From an uncultured cyanobacterium (GTDB taxonomy: Bacteria; Cyanobacteriota; Cyanobacteriia; Cyanobacteriales; CAWUOF01): 64,000 bases of DNA. Made by a program: the position numbers and the translations under genes. This document shows positions 17,892 through 29,294 of the stretch, in pieces. Under the pieces are notes generated by a model. It was not told the origin of the DNA, did no database searches, and saw only the letters and a list, made by a program, of their open reading frames with translations. Each line of letters begins with the position of its first letter. The stretch's first letter is position 1. Location of the stretch: assembly GCA_963744145.1 (NCBI GenBank), contig CAVUSO010000001.1, positions 576,001 through 640,000 of the forward strand, written 5' to 3'.

Positions 17892-18967
17892 TGAATAATA
17901 AGAATCGGTAGACGGAATGCAAAAACCGCACCATGAGGAGAACGGTTTTCTGCCCAAATAGTACCACCATGTGTTTCGACAATTTGACGAGTTAAATATA
18001 ATCCTAACCCTGAACCTTTAGCTTGGCGATCACTATATCCTTGATAAAAGCGCTCAAATAAATATGGCAATTGTTCCGGAAGAATTCCCGCACCAGAATC
18101 GATAATTTTAGCAGTATGATAGCGGGAACCTGACTCTAAAACCACCTCCACTTTGCTACCCCGAAGAGAGTGGTTAATCGCATTAGTCAGTAGATTAGTA
18201 AACACCCGACTAAGTTGAAAAGCATCTCCATTGACCCAAAGAAACTGACGAAAATCTGAAGTACCATAGTTAAAAGAGATATGAACACGACGACTTAAAG
18301 ATAGTCCTACTAATGTGGTGGTGACATCATGAGCAATTTCGACTAGATCAACTGGTGCTAATTTAAGGTTTAATCCCTCAGTATCATTGCGATAAATATC
18401 TAAGAGTGTTTCTACCAGTTGTAAGCTAGTTTGATGACTGCGAATAATTGTTTCTATTACTACTTTTTGAGCAGGTTGTATCGAGCCTAAATATCCTCTT
18501 TGAAAAGCTTCTAAAGTTTCAATTGCTCCTAATAAAGGTGTTTTCAAATCATGGGTTAGTGTTGAAGCAAAATCCTCACGTAACAGAGCTAATTTTTCTT
18601 GAGCTTGCAATTTAGCTTCTTGTTGCAATAGTTTTTGGTGATACTTGTGATTGCGATCGCTCAGAATTGCAGTTACAATCAATGCGATCGCTGCAATTAA
18701 CCGACTCGCAATAGTTGATGCGATCGCTGGATAGTAACCAGGAATCCAAATATTCAAAATTGTCAACAGACAAGCGATCGCGGTTATTGACAAAGTTGCA
18801 ACTTGACCAAAACGATAATTGACTAGTAGTATTGGACCAATATACAGATAACCAAATACATAGTCTGGTGGAGTTGCAAACTCCATTACCCCAACAGTTA
18901 TCGATACTCCAATAATGAACCATAGGTTACCCAAAGGTAAACGTTTAAAAAGTTTTAAAAGTAGCAT
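17888..18967 (-). CDS. membrane sensor histidine kinase, kdp-associated (Hik20-like)
   Basis: N-terminal TMs, H-box THDLKTP, NLLTNAIN, DSGAG, GSGLGL; divergent from kdpB. Confidence 0.88.
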   Translation of the reverse strand: MLLLKLFKRLPLGNLWFIIGVSITVGVMEFATPPDYVFGYLYIGPILLVNYRFGQVATLSITAIACLLTILNIWIPGYYPAIASTIASRLIAAIALIVTAILSDRNHKYHQKLLQQEAKLQAQEKLALLREDFASTLTHDLKTPLLGAIETLEAFQRGYLGSIQPAQKVVIETIIRSHQTSLQLVETLLDIYRNDTEGLNLKLAPVDLVEIAHDVTTTLVGLSLSRRVHISFNYGTSDFRQFLWVNGDAFQLSRVFTNLLTNAINHSLRGSKVEVVLESGSRYHTAKIIDSGAGILPEQLPYLFERFYQGYSDRQAKGSGLGLYLTRQIVETHGGTIWAENRSPHGAVFAFRLPILIIH

Positions 18968-19465
18968 TAGTTATTTTTATCACAATTATTTTGAGTTTAT
19001 TTTAACTGCAAACAATGGGCTATATGCCAACTTTTTTTTTGACCCTAAACGATTATATCGCCTGTATTTATATTAATCTATATCACCAGATATAGATCAC
19101 AGTAAGCACCTAAACAAAAATAAACGGTGATAGATCATAAAATTTTAAATCATTAAAACCATTGAAATTGCGTTGTTTCGCGCCATTTAGTCCCAGAGCA
19201 AGTGAGCAGCTAAATTATGTTATACTACTGATCCCAGATTAAACACAGAGAAGTTTAAAATATACATAAAAATATAAAACACTTTAACTAAAAAATTATA
19301 TCGATCGATATATTGTAGAAAATGAGTAAATTTTACACAATAGATTTTGTCGATCAACGAAATCAGCAATAAGACAAAACAAATAATCTACCTCATCTAA
19401 GCAAGGAACTTAGTTCTCCATTGATACCTTGTTTTTATTGATTACTAGCACAAAAATCCGAATGT

Positions 19466-21571
19466 ATGTCAATTTCAAAGAGTTCTTCTCCAATTAGTTC
19501 TCTCCCACTTCCGAAAGGACCTCGTGACGATCGCAAACACACTGCAAAAGTAAATACTAAAGGGTTGTATGAGAGAGCAATTAAGGATGCTTTTCTCAAA
19601 CTCCATCCTGGGATTCAAGTTAAAAATCCAGTCATGTTTGTAGTTTGGATTGGGACAATTATCACCGCAATCATGACCATCGATCCCAATATTTTTGGTT
19701 CTGTCCCAGGAGAAAATCAACACTTTTTCAATGGATTAATTACCTTCATCCTATTTTTCACAGTAGTTTTTGCTAACTTTGCTGAAGCAGTAGCGGAAGG
19801 ACGTGGTAAAGCTCAAGCTGATGCTTTAAGAGCAACTCGTACCGATACAATTGCACGGAAAATTCTCCCAGGTGGTGCGATTGAGCAAGTAAGTTCTACC
19901 GAATTACATCGGGGTGATCAAGTCAAAGTAATTGCTGGGGATATGATTCCCGCAGATGGAGAAGTTATTCAGGGAATTGCTTCTGTTGATGAATCAGCAA
20001 TTACAGGAGAATCTGCTCCGGTTTTAAAACAACCAGGAACAGATATTGCTAGTTCGGTGACAGGTGGTACTCAGATAATTTCTGATGAGCTAGTGATTCG
20101 AGTAACCTCTGATCCAGGAAAAGGTTTTATCGATCGCATGATTAGCTTAGTAGAAGGAGCAGAACGAACTAAAACTCCCAACGAAATTGCGCTGACTGTA
20201 TTACTTGCAGTGCTAACGCTAATATTTTTAGTAGTAGTTGCAACTATTCCCCCGATTGCGAATTACTCTAATAGTCCGGTTAGTATCGCGATTTTAATCT
20301 CCTTATTAGTCGCATTAATTCCTACTACTATTGGTGGATTATTAAGCGCGATCGGGATTGCGGGAATGGATCGAGTAGCACAGTTTAATGTAATTGCGAC
20401 TTCGGGTAGAGCAGTAGAAGCGTGCGGTGATATCAATACTTTAATTCTGGATAAAACCGGGACAATCACCCTGGGTAATCGTTTAGCAGATGAGTTTATT
20501 CCAGTTGGAGGACATTCTCTCAAAGAATTAGCAAGTATTGCTCTTGCAGCTAGCATATTTGATCAAACTCCAGAAGGAAGATCGATTGTGCAGTTAGCGG
20601 AAAAATTAGGAAATGAGGTGAATTTTAATCCTGACGAAGCAGAAGGAGTTGAGTTTTCTGCTCGGACTCGCATGAGTGGTACAGATTACGGTAATGGTAC
20701 AGAAGTACGCAAAGGAGCAGTAGATGCAATTAAAGGATTTGTAAAATCGCGGAGTGGTCGTATTCCTGTAGATTTAGATAGTGCTTATGAGCGAGTATCT
20801 AAATTAGGTGGAACTCCTTTAGCTGTTTGTGAAAATGGTGAAGTTTATGGAGTTATTTACCTCAAAGATATTGTTAAACCTGGTCTAAGGGAAAGATTTG
20901 ACCAGATGCGACGCATGGGTATTCGTACCATTATGCTCACCGGAGATAACCGGATTACTGCTTCGGTAATTGCTAAAGAAGCAGGTGTTGATGATTTCAT
21001 TGCTGAAGCTACTCCGGAAGACAAAATGGCTGTCATTCGTTCGGAACAAGCACAAGGAAAGCTAGTCGCAATGACCGGAGATGGTACAAATGATGCTCCC
21101 GCGCTAGCACAAGCAAACGTTGGTGTCGCAATGAATTCTGGTACTCAAGCAGCAAAGGAAGCTGCGAATATGGTGGATTTAGATTCTGATCCTACCAAAC
21201 TAATCGATATTGTCACCATTGGTAAACAACTACTAATTACCCGAGGAGCGCTGACAACTTTTTCGATCGCTAATGATATTTCTAAATACTTTGCGATTAT
21301 TCCAGCTATGTTTACCGGAGTCGGGTTAGAAAGTTTGAATGTGATGGGATTAAAAAATCCCCAATCAGCAATTTTATCGGCTTTGATTTACAACGCTTTG
21401 ATTATTCCAGCATTAATTCCTCTCGCTCTAAAAGGGGTTCAATTTCGTCCCTTATCGGCGGATCAATTATTAATGCGAAATGTGCTGATTTATGGTGTTG
21501 GTGGCATAATTGCTCCCTTTATTGCCATCAAAATCATTGATGTACTGATTACCACAATTGATCTGGTTTAG
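19466..21571 (+). CDS. kdpB: K+-transporting ATPase subunit B
   Basis: [34 protein letters not shown]. Confidence 0.97.
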   Translation: MSISKSSSPISSLPLPKGPRDDRKHTAKVNTKGLYERAIKDAFLKLHPGIQVKNPVMFVVWIGTIITAIMTIDPNIFGSVPGENQHFFNGLITFILFFTVVFANFAEAVAEGRGKAQADALRATRTDTIARKILPGGAIEQVSSTELHRGDQVKVIAGDMIPADGEVIQGIASVDESAITGESAPVLKQPGTDIASSVTGGTQIISDELVIRVTSDPGKGFIDRMISLVEGAERTKTPNEIALTVLLAVLTLIFLVVVATIPPIANYSNSPVSIAILISLLVALIPTTIGGLLSAIGIAGMDRVAQFNVIATSGRAVEACGDINTLILDKTGTITLGNRLADEFIPVGGHSLKELASIALAASIFDQTPEGRSIVQLAEKLGNEVNFNPDEAEGVEFSARTRMSGTDYGNGTEVRKGAVDAIKGFVKSRSGRIPVDLDSAYERVSKLGGTPLAVCENGEVYGVIYLKDIVKPGLRERFDQMRRMGIRTIMLTGDNRITASVIAKEAGVDDFIAEATPEDKMAVIRSEQAQGKLVAMTGDGTNDAPALAQANVGVAMNSGTQAAKEAANMVDLDSDPTKLIDIVTIGKQLLITRGALTTFSIANDISKYFAIIPAMFTGVGLESLNVMGLKNPQSAILSALIYNALIIPALIPLALKGVQFRPLSADQLLMRNVLIYGVGGIIAPFIAIKIIDVLITTIDLV

Positions 21572-21573
21572 TT

Positions 21574-21825
21574 ATGTTTTTACCAAAAAAGTTTGATTTT
21601 GAATTTATTTCAGTGCTGCGATCGCGCATCCAAAAATCTCCCATTTCTCTCCGCTTATTTTTGGCTTTGTGTTTCAATATAGTGTTTGCCAAAACAGTTT
21701 ATGCAGCAGCAAATACGGATGAAGTAACTCGATTAAATGCTTATGCAATTGGGTTATTGGGTTTAGTAACAATTGGTCTGGCAATTTACTTACTGGTTGT
21801 CATGTTTCAACCACAACGTTTTTAG
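21574..21825 (+). CDS. kdpF: K+-transporting ATPase subunit F (long cyanobacterial form)
   Basis: C-terminus LAIYLLVVMFQPQRF resembles the KdpF YL..A...PERF pattern. Confidence 0.8.
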   Translation: MFLPKKFDFEFISVLRSRIQKSPISLRLFLALCFNIVFAKTVYAAANTDEVTRLNAYAIGLLGLVTIGLAIYLLVVMFQPQRF

Positions 21826-21843
21826 ATATTACTAGGAGAAAAA

Positions 21844-21927
21844 ATGACTGACCTGATTTATATATTTCTAGTGTTAGGTTGCTTTTCTACCTGTTTATGG
21901 CTAATTCGAGCCTTTAGTTGGTTGTAA
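21844..21927 (+). CDS. 27-aa hydrophobic kdp-associated peptide (not in ORF track)
   Basis: AGGAG at 21834; [27 protein letters not shown]; fills the kdpF-kdpA gap. Confidence 0.7.
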   Translation: MTDLIYIFLVLGCFSTCLWLIRAFSWL

Positions 21928-21940
21928 GGAAGAAATCTCC

Positions 21941-23656
21941 ATGATATTTGGTATCTCGCAAGTAGTGATTATTTGCTTAATCATCGCGATCGCTCTAGTT
22001 GTACCAGTTGGTAACTATCTCTATCAAGTTTTTACCGATCAACGAGACTGGTTACCCGAACGTTTTACCTATAAATTATTAGGTATTAATCCGAGAGAGC
22101 AGATGACTTGGCAACGTTATGCTCAAGCATTAGTCCTGTCTAATCTAGTACAGGTATTATTAATCTATGCTCTATTCCGATCGCAAGACTTTCTCCCCCT
22201 CAATCCAGACAACATCACTCCTGCTATGTCTCCGGACTTAGCATTTAACACAGCAATTTCCTTTGTCACTAATACCAACTGGCAATCCTATGGAGGTGAA
22301 ACCACTCTCTCCTACTTCAACCAGATGGTAGCAATTCAATTTCCCATGTTTGTCTCAGCTGCAACAGGGTTAGCAGCAGGAATTGCCACAGTTAGAGGTT
22401 TAAACCAGAGTGGTGTGAATCAATTAGGAAACTTTTGGGTAGATTTAATTCGCAGTATTTATCGCATCTTTTTACCGATTTGTTTCATACTAGCACTATT
22501 TTTTGTTTGGCAGGGAATGCCCCAAACTTTGGATGCTGCGGTCACAGCTACTACTTTAGAAGGTGCAACTCAAACGATCGCTCGCGAACCTGTTGCTAGT
22601 CTAGAATCAATTAAACACATCGGTACAAATGGCGGTGGATACTTCAACGTTAATGCAGCACATCCTTATGAAAATCCTACTCCCCTAACGGATACTCTGC
22701 ATATTTTCTCCATGCTATTAATTACCCCTGCTTTAACTTATACCTTCGGCAAATTGTTAAAACGAAGGAAACAGGGATGGGTCTTTTTTGGAGTATTTGC
22801 CGCACTATTCGTAATGTTTCTGCTGATTGCATTTCCCCTGGAACAATTAGGTAATCCCTTACTATCTCAAGCAGGAGTAGACCAAGTAGTTACCGACCTG
22901 CAAAGTGGTGGTAATATGGAAGGAAAAGAAATGCGATTTGGAATTGCTCAGACGAGCTTGTTTGTTGTAGCTACAACCGCAGCAACGACAGGTAGTGTCG
23001 ATGCTATGCACGACAGTCTGACGCCATTAGGTGGTCTGGTTCCTCTAGCAGAAATGATGCTTAACGTAGTATTTGGAGGTAAAGGTGTTGGTTTAATTAA
23101 CCTAATTCAGTACGCGATTATTACAGTATTTCTAGTTGGGCTAATGGTCGGACGCACTCCTGAATTTCTCGGCAAAAAAATTGAAGCCCGAGAAGTGAAA
23201 TTAGCCTCGGTTTCTTTGCTAGCTCATCCTACATTAATCTTGTCATTTTCAGCATTAGCGCTAGTTTGGCCCGATGCTCTCAAGAGTCTTGCTAATGCAG
23301 GACCTCATGGATTTAGCGAGATTCTTTACGCTTATACTTCTGCAACTGCAAATAATGGCTCTGCTTTTGCTGGATTAAATGCTAATGTTCCATTTTTCAA
23401 TATTACTCTGGGGTTAGCTATTCTCTTTGGTCGCTACCTCAGTCCGCTAATTCCCTTGTTAGCAGCATCAGGTTATCTAGCAGTAAAACCGAAAGTTCCT
23501 CCTAGTGCAGGAACCCTATCTACAGATACTCTTCTATTTGGTTCTCTGTTGTTTGCTACAATTCTGATTGTTGGTGGACTGACATTCTTTACTGGGTTAG
23601 CTTTAGGTCCAATCTCAGAACATTTCCAAATGGTAGCTGGAAAGACATTTTCCTAG
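21941..23656 (+). CDS. kdpA: K+-transporting ATPase subunit A
   Basis: [43 protein letters not shown]. Confidence 0.97.
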   Translation: MIFGISQVVIICLIIAIALVVPVGNYLYQVFTDQRDWLPERFTYKLLGINPREQMTWQRYAQALVLSNLVQVLLIYALFRSQDFLPLNPDNITPAMSPDLAFNTAISFVTNTNWQSYGGETTLSYFNQMVAIQFPMFVSAATGLAAGIATVRGLNQSGVNQLGNFWVDLIRSIYRIFLPICFILALFFVWQGMPQTLDAAVTATTLEGATQTIAREPVASLESIKHIGTNGGGYFNVNAAHPYENPTPLTDTLHIFSMLLITPALTYTFGKLLKRRKQGWVFFGVFAALFVMFLLIAFPLEQLGNPLLSQAGVDQVVTDLQSGGNMEGKEMRFGIAQTSLFVVATTAATTGSVDAMHDSLTPLGGLVPLAEMMLNVVFGGKGVGLINLIQYAIITVFLVGLMVGRTPEFLGKKIEAREVKLASVSLLAHPTLILSFSALALVWPDALKSLANAGPHGFSEILYAYTSATANNGSAFAGLNANVPFFNITLGLAILFGRYLSPLIPLLAASGYLAVKPKVPPSAGTLSTDTLLFGSLLFATILIVGGLTFFTGLALGPISEHFQMVAGKTFS

Positions 23657-23662
23657 AAAAAG

Positions 23663-23687
23663 AGAGACGTTCCACCGGAACGTCTCT
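23663..23687. repeat. REP-like hairpin AGAGACGTTCC-acc-GGAACGTCTCT
   Basis: Perfect 11-bp stem between kdpA and kdpC. Confidence 0.7.
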
Positions 23688-23718
23688 ACAATCGTTGTTT
23701 ATTTTTTTGATAGGTTTT

Positions 23719-24363
23719 ATGGAAACTCAATCTCAAGGATCTTTGATTTCGCTGATTAAACCTGCTATCTTGGTTTCTCTGTGGCTATGTCTACTAACAG
23801 GATTAGTCTATCCTTTATTAACAACAGGTGTGGCTAATATTCTTTTCCCAGCTCAAGCTCAAGGTAGTTTAATTAAACTGAACGACAAGGTAATTGGTTC
23901 AGAATTGATTGGTCAAAATTTTACTAAACCAGAATATTTTCATCCTCGTCCTAGTGCTACTACTACTCCTGATCCAAATGATTCAACTAAGACAGTTCCT
24001 TTACCATATAATGCAGCTAATAGTGGTGGTAGTAATAATGGTCCTACTAATGAAAGCTTCATTAAAGGTGTGAAAGATGCAGTTGATGCTTATCGCAAGG
24101 AAAATGCTTTAGCAGCAGATGTTGTTGTACCTGTGGATGCAGTAACCGCTTCAGCTTCAGGTTTAGATCCTGATATTTCGATCGCTAATGCTAATATCCA
24201 AGCAAATCGTGTCGCTCAATCCCGTAATATTCCCGTTGAAAAAATCCAAAATCTGATTTCTAAAAATACTACAAATCGTCAATTGGGAATTCTCGGAGAA
24301 CCCCGTGTAAATGTTCTCAAACTAAATCTAGCTTTAGATGAGTTAAAATCTGCCAGTCTTTAA
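23719..24363 (+). CDS. kdpC: K+-transporting ATPase subunit C
   Basis: GSELIGQNF, YFHPRPSA, SGGSN, TASASGLDPDIS, GEPRVNVL. Confidence 0.95.
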   Translation: METQSQGSLISLIKPAILVSLWLCLLTGLVYPLLTTGVANILFPAQAQGSLIKLNDKVIGSELIGQNFTKPEYFHPRPSATTTPDPNDSTKTVPLPYNAANSGGSNNGPTNESFIKGVKDAVDAYRKENALAADVVVPVDAVTASASGLDPDISIANANIQANRVAQSRNIPVEKIQNLISKNTTNRQLGILGEPRVNVLKLNLALDELKSASL

Positions 24364-24381
24364 GCAATAATTAGACCCAAC

Positions 24382-25122
24382 TATCTCACCGCGATCGCTG
24401 ATCCTACTAGGGCTAAAATTGGTGGTACAATCGGAATCCACCATTCATTCAAGAAAGCTACATAACCAATCCCAAATAAACTCACGACAGGTAATACCAA
24501 TTCACCATGAAGATACATTGATGTATATTGATCTGTGGGTGAGGGTGGGTTTTGATGATTAGTAGGTAAATGTCAAACATCTCGGTGAACCCGGGCGGGT
24601 TTTTCTAATTAATTGGTAAATTTCAAAAATCTGGGCGAACCCGCCCCTACTACAAAAACCCGCAAATAGAGGATAAAATTGGTAGGGGCAGGTTCACCAG
24701 TCAATTTTGCCACCAACAGATCACCATTATAAACCTGCCCTGGCCTAACAGATCAACCTCAGATTAAGTGCAATTTCATAGTTAATTGGTATAACAAAAT
24801 CCCAACTATAAATTGGAGAAAAAATTTAGCAACTCCTACTGTATATCGCCATTTCCAACTTAGGGTAGCACCTACCACAGACCAAGCAAAAATCCACCAA
24901 ATCTCTAGGGATTTAATCCAGGTTTTAATCAGAGGTCTTCCTGAAAGCACTGCGCTCAATATTTGGCTAACTGCGTTTGCATGAATTTCTACCCCTGAAG
25001 TTTGATCTGGTATTCCGATTAGAGTGCTACGATAAGGTGTGAGAAATAAATCTTTTTTACTTTCGGCAATTGAACCAATTAATATAATGCGATCGCGAAG
25101 CAAGTCTTGGGGAATTTTATTG
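24382..25122 (-). pseudogene. internal fragment of a CHASE2-domain gene, interrupted by a MITE
   Basis: DRIILIGSIAES...GVEIHAN...; after removing the MITE it continues in frame GILLPVVSLFGIGYVAFLNEWWIPIVPP. Confidence 0.8.
24495..24791. mobile_element. 297-bp MITE with TACCAATT terminal inverted repeats and TAA target duplication
   Basis: TAA|TACCAATTCACCATGAA ... TTCATAGTTAATTGGTA|TAA; internal GAACCCGCCCCTAC/GTAGGGGCAGGTTC repeats. Confidence 0.85.
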
Positions 25123-25522
25123 TCTTTTTTGAGCCGACAAAGGTTTCTAATTCATCTAATTCTCCCACCTCTGGAACTGTCTCTTGGTGTTCAAAATCTG
25201 ATAACTGGTTGCCGATTTGTTTAATCCAATACATAATGGTGGTATGGTGAACATTTTTAACTCTTTCAATTGCTCGTAAAGCCATCCCATTTACATACAT
25301 TCACTTTTGACAGTTTCAGAATAGCCTTTATGGGGTTTATAATCCTCGATAAATTGTCGACCACAGTTTTTACAAATATAGTTCTGTTTTCCTCGTTTAT
25401 GACCATTTTTATTGATATGAGTTGATTGACAGTTAGGACATGACCTGCTCTTACAGTATTGATAAGCGTCCTTTTTTTTATTATTCATATTCTATCCTAT
25501 CATCCCCTAATTCAGCAACGCC
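25123..25522 (-). mobile_element. IS1-family remnant (insA frameshifted, insB missing)
   Basis: GGCGTTGCTGAATT end; CPNCQS..KNG..GKQNYICKNCGRQF; RAIERV; GELDELETFVGSKK; truncated at the A6 slip site. Confidence 0.85.
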
Positions 25523-25603
25523 CCACTGGAATGTTATTAATGTGGGATCGTGGATTGCATTCTTATACATTTTAAGCAAAACTTCAAAAATCGATTGCTC
25601 TAC

Positions 25604-27295
25604 CTAAGCACCAGGTTTAAGATAGTCTAACAAGCGATCGCCAGAATCAACTCGAACTAAACCAACTACAACATCAGATAAAGATACTAAACTCGGATAA
25701 ATTAAATAGCGCGGTTCCCAAATTGGGTTAAATTTTTCTTTAAAAAAGTGCAGCCCTTTGAAATTATAGAAGTGATTCAAATGATCAGATAGATAACGAA
25801 ACACCTTTTCTAAACGAGGAGATTCGGGAGTTTCTCCCAGACCAGCTAAGGGTGATAAACTAAAATTAAATCCCTCATATCCCAGCTCCTGAAAATGTTT
25901 AAACATGGAAACAAATAAAAAGTGCATAGTACCGTTGGGAATATTTTGACAATGACGCATTAGATCCACTGTCACTTCTTTACGATTATACTTTCCTAGG
26001 AGGTTAGCAAAAGCAATAATCTGACCATCAGCGTTATAGACTACACCAATTTGACATTCCCGCAAATAGCTTTCATAAAACCAGCCCATGGAAAACTGCT
26101 TTTCCGATCCATTCATTAATTTCAGCCACTCATTACTCACCAAACGCAACTCCTCTAATAAATGTTTCGGAATCGGTGGTTCATAAAGTTCAAATTTATA
26201 ACCCTCCTTACTAAGACGATTCATTGCAGTTCTCAGATTTTGATTCTTTTTCCCTGACATGGAAAAATTCTTCAGATTGACAATTGCTTCTTCCCCAATT
26301 TTTAAAACTCGAAAACCTAGATCGCGGTATAATTCTACACTAGATGGTAAAACCTCATAAAAAGCCGCGTGCCAATCATGGCGATCGCAATATTGACTAA
26401 AAGCAATAATCGCTTCTTGGCGATCGTCATCTGGACCAATTGGATCTCCTAAAGCGATCGCCGCTCTTCCTTTTGCGACATAAGCAATCACACTGCGACC
26501 AGAAGGACTAAAATAGTAAGATTTATCACTTAATAACGACAGCCTGGCCAAAGAAGTTTGCCCATATTGATCGATAATCTCTCGCGCTCGCTGACGCTGT
26601 TGTTCTGTGGCACCATGACGCATCAACACCGGTCTTAATAACATTAATAACGCATAACTAACTGTGACAATTCCCACCGTATAAATCGAATTTGGGAAAA
26701 AATATCCAAACTTATTTGAGAAAGGATTTCCAAACCTAATTTTTGGTTGCAATCCAGCATTATCAGCCGTAAAAAACATGGCCAGAGTTTGCCATAATGC
26801 TTCCGGAATACTAAAATTAACCTGATATCTATCTACTAACAAGAAAAAACCTACTGTACCGTAGGCTAAAGTAAACACTAATGCTCCAATAAAAACCCTA
26901 ACCCCTTGAGCAATTGACGGACGATCTGATGCAGCATTGAATGTCTTACGCATTAATAGCAATTGGATCAGCAAAACGCTAGCTAGGGTGGTCTCTTCAT
27001 AGTCCAATCCTTTAATCATGTGAATAACTATCGAGATTACCAATAACCCGACAGTGATTACCCAAGCAACTTTCTTACGTCTTAATAAATTGCTAGCTAG
27101 GGTCAACAAAACAAAACCACTTAAGGCTGAAAATAAGTGGGCATTAGCGCGAACATAAAAAGGAAAAAGTGGTTTAAGAAATACAATCCGATCGGGTAAT
27201 CCAGGGTAGACCGCAGAGATTAAATTGACTAATCCGACTAAACCAGTTAAAAATGATGCCGTCCAAATCCCAATTCGAGTTCGCTGAGATAGCAT
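25604..27295 (-). CDS. phosphatidylglycerol lysyltransferase (MprF C-terminal/DUF2156) domain protein
   Basis: N-terminal TMs; ALGDPIG, IGEEAIV, VDLMR, YNFKGL..FKEKFNP.WEPRY. Confidence 0.9.
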   Translation of the reverse strand: MLSQRTRIGIWTASFLTGLVGLVNLISAVYPGLPDRIVFLKPLFPFYVRANAHLFSALSGFVLLTLASNLLRRKKVAWVITVGLLVISIVIHMIKGLDYEETTLASVLLIQLLLMRKTFNAASDRPSIAQGVRVFIGALVFTLAYGTVGFFLLVDRYQVNFSIPEALWQTLAMFFTADNAGLQPKIRFGNPFSNKFGYFFPNSIYTVGIVTVSYALLMLLRPVLMRHGATEQQRQRAREIIDQYGQTSLARLSLLSDKSYYFSPSGRSVIAYVAKGRAAIALGDPIGPDDDRQEAIIAFSQYCDRHDWHAAFYEVLPSSVELYRDLGFRVLKIGEEAIVNLKNFSMSGKKNQNLRTAMNRLSKEGYKFELYEPPIPKHLLEELRLVSNEWLKLMNGSEKQFSMGWFYESYLRECQIGVVYNADGQIIAFANLLGKYNRKEVTVDLMRHCQNIPNGTMHFLFVSMFKHFQELGYEGFNFSLSPLAGLGETPESPRLEKVFRYLSDHLNHFYNFKGLHFFKEKFNPIWEPRYLIYPSLVSLSDVVVGLVRVDSGDRLLDYLKPGA

Positions 27296-27354
27296 AGTGT
27301 TTTTACTAAGGGTGAATTTGGTTCAAATTTAAGCTCAGGTAATTATGGGTTTAA

Positions 27355-28290
27355 TTACCAATTAATTTGAATATTTTCTTTAGTCAGAGTTGTTTTAAAC
27401 TCTTTACCAACATAACTTAATGAGTCATGGAGGTGTTTACGCCAATAATTCCACCCAACATCTTTACCAACAATACCATGCCCACCAGGAAAGATTTTAA
27501 ACTGATGACTGATCCCTAACCGTTCTAGAGTTTCGTGAAATTCTTTGGTAGCATCAAGGTACTGATGATCACTTTCTCCTGCATCTAGATATACTCGCAA
27601 CCGCTGATAGGTCTCTTCTGGTAATTCCTCAATAAAATCCTGGGGACTGTTAGCAAAACCGCTTTTATCAATAAAGTAGCCCGTATGGCTAAAAAAAATA
27701 TTAAAGTTATTCACATAACGTAACCCAATATTAAAAGCTCCCCAACCACCAGAAGAGAGTCCACCGATCGCCCAAAATCTAGGATCATCAAGAGTCCGAT
27801 AGCGAGATTTGACTACCTTTACTAATTCTGATCCGATCAACTTAGCTACATCTCCATTTGGTCCATCATAATATTGGGGGTCCCAAAATGGACTTGTCCC
27901 TCGTTTGTCATTTCCATCGGGGGTAATAATAATTGATGGAGGTAGCTTGGCAGTTCGGTAGAGTTCACGAATAATCACCGTAAAATTTGCTTTGTCCTCA
28001 TAGTCACGAGCAGTTCCATGTCCCCCATGTAAGAGAAAAATTACTGGGTATCGTTGGGTAGGATTGCTAAAGTAACTGGGAGGGAGAAGTATTCCGTAAT
28101 TGCGAATTTCACCCATCACCGCACTTTTAAAGGTTTTGACTTGAAAGATAAGTCCAGTATTTTTAGTGATAATTTTTGGCGCATCTAGTTGTGGGGCACC
28201 AGCAACTACAACATACCAATAAAGGACACCACCAATCAGGGTGATGCTAGTAGTAAATAGAAATATAAATTTAGTGAATGAGAATTTCAT
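27355..28290 (-). CDS. putative exported esterase (alpha/beta hydrolase)
   Basis: YPVIFLLHG, GLSSG nucleophile elbow, FPGGH. Confidence 0.85.
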   Translation of the reverse strand: MKFSFTKFIFLFTTSITLIGGVLYWYVVVAGAPQLDAPKIITKNTGLIFQVKTFKSAVMGEIRNYGILLPPSYFSNPTQRYPVIFLLHGGHGTARDYEDKANFTVIIRELYRTAKLPPSIIITPDGNDKRGTSPFWDPQYYDGPNGDVAKLIGSELVKVVKSRYRTLDDPRFWAIGGLSSGGWGAFNIGLRYVNNFNIFFSHTGYFIDKSGFANSPQDFIEELPEETYQRLRVYLDAGESDHQYLDATKEFHETLERLGISHQFKIFPGGHGIVGKDVGWNYWRKHLHDSLSYVGKEFKTTLTKENIQINW

Positions 28291-28545
28291 GAATTTTTGT
28301 TTTCCTACCCTTAATCAAAATGAAAATGCCAGAAAATCAAGTTTTTTATCAATCTGTTTGAAAATTTTATTGGTTTTTAATATGGCTGATTACTCTAGTC
28401 AAATCAATTAATCAGCTCGGGATTTTCTCAACTTTTGTGACCTGGCTCATCGGCTATACTAATTATAATTAAAAAATCTCCGGGTGTAATCATTGCCAAA
28501 AACAGATGCGATCGCCCTCTAGATTTATTTTCAGTGTCATCATCA

Positions 28546-28650
28546 CCATGTTAGTAGTCAGGACTGTACTCCTGATCTTACCAGCAGCAAAGGAATTAAG
28601 TCTTTATTACTACCTCTAGACTTGGACGCAAGTCCCTACTACTAACCATG
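28546..28650. repeat. imperfect inverted-repeat intergenic element
   Basis: CATGTTAGTAGTCAGGACT ... AGTCCCTACTACTAACCATG. Confidence 0.5.
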
Positions 28651-28681
28651 ATTAGTTTACCGGAGCTACTCGGAAAATTTT

Positions 28682-29275
28682 TTAGATTTTGTCGTTTTTA
28701 TGCTCAAGTTTCCACAGACAACTAGAAACTAAATTAGTGACAATATGTGCCAAGATTGGTACTAGCAAATTGTCCGATACCAGGGCACTATATCCGAGTA
28801 ATAAGCCCACGATCGTCGCCCAAATTGCATAGGGCCATTGTTTGGCTCCACTCAAATGTAAGATCCCAAAACACATACTTGAGCCAATTACACCAGTAAT
28901 ATTTAGCCCTAAAGCGGACAGCATCACACCCCGAAATAGTAATTCTTCACTTAAACTGGGTAACAATCCTAGCCAGATTAAATCAGGCAAAAATAGAGGT
29001 TTGAGTACCAAAGCTAAGTAAAAATCTGCACTTTGGCGATAAGCCGGCCAGAGACGATAAACTAGGGAACTAGCAACAGCGATCGCTAAACCAATTCCAC
29101 TTCCTAATAACAGATCAATTCCTGTCCATTTAACAGGTAAGAGGGAAACTTTACTAAACTGCATCCATAATTTAGCGATGATCAGCAAGACTACCGCTGT
29201 TACCCCCATTGCTACCAGCACTTGGGTGCGGGTGAGGGGTTCGATTTCTGGCTCGTGAGGAAGTTTTTCTGCCAC
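28682..29275 (-). CDS. CPBP (CAAX/Abi) family intramembrane metalloprotease
   Basis: EELLFRG, FGILH, AHIVTN; GTG start at 29275 chosen to avoid overlap. Confidence 0.9.
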   Translation of the reverse strand: MAEKLPHEPEIEPLTRTQVLVAMGVTAVVLLIIAKLWMQFSKVSLLPVKWTGIDLLLGSGIGLAIAVASSLVYRLWPAYRQSADFYLALVLKPLFLPDLIWLGLLPSLSEELLFRGVMLSALGLNITGVIGSSMCFGILHLSGAKQWPYAIWATIVGLLLGYSALVSDNLLVPILAHIVTNLVSSCLWKLEHKNDKI

Positions 29276-29294
29276 CTTTGCTTGAATAATGGGG

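Noticed and set aside
19255-19290. Possible KdpE-like box upstream of kdpB
   Set aside because: The match is weak and cannot be distinguished from the AT-rich background
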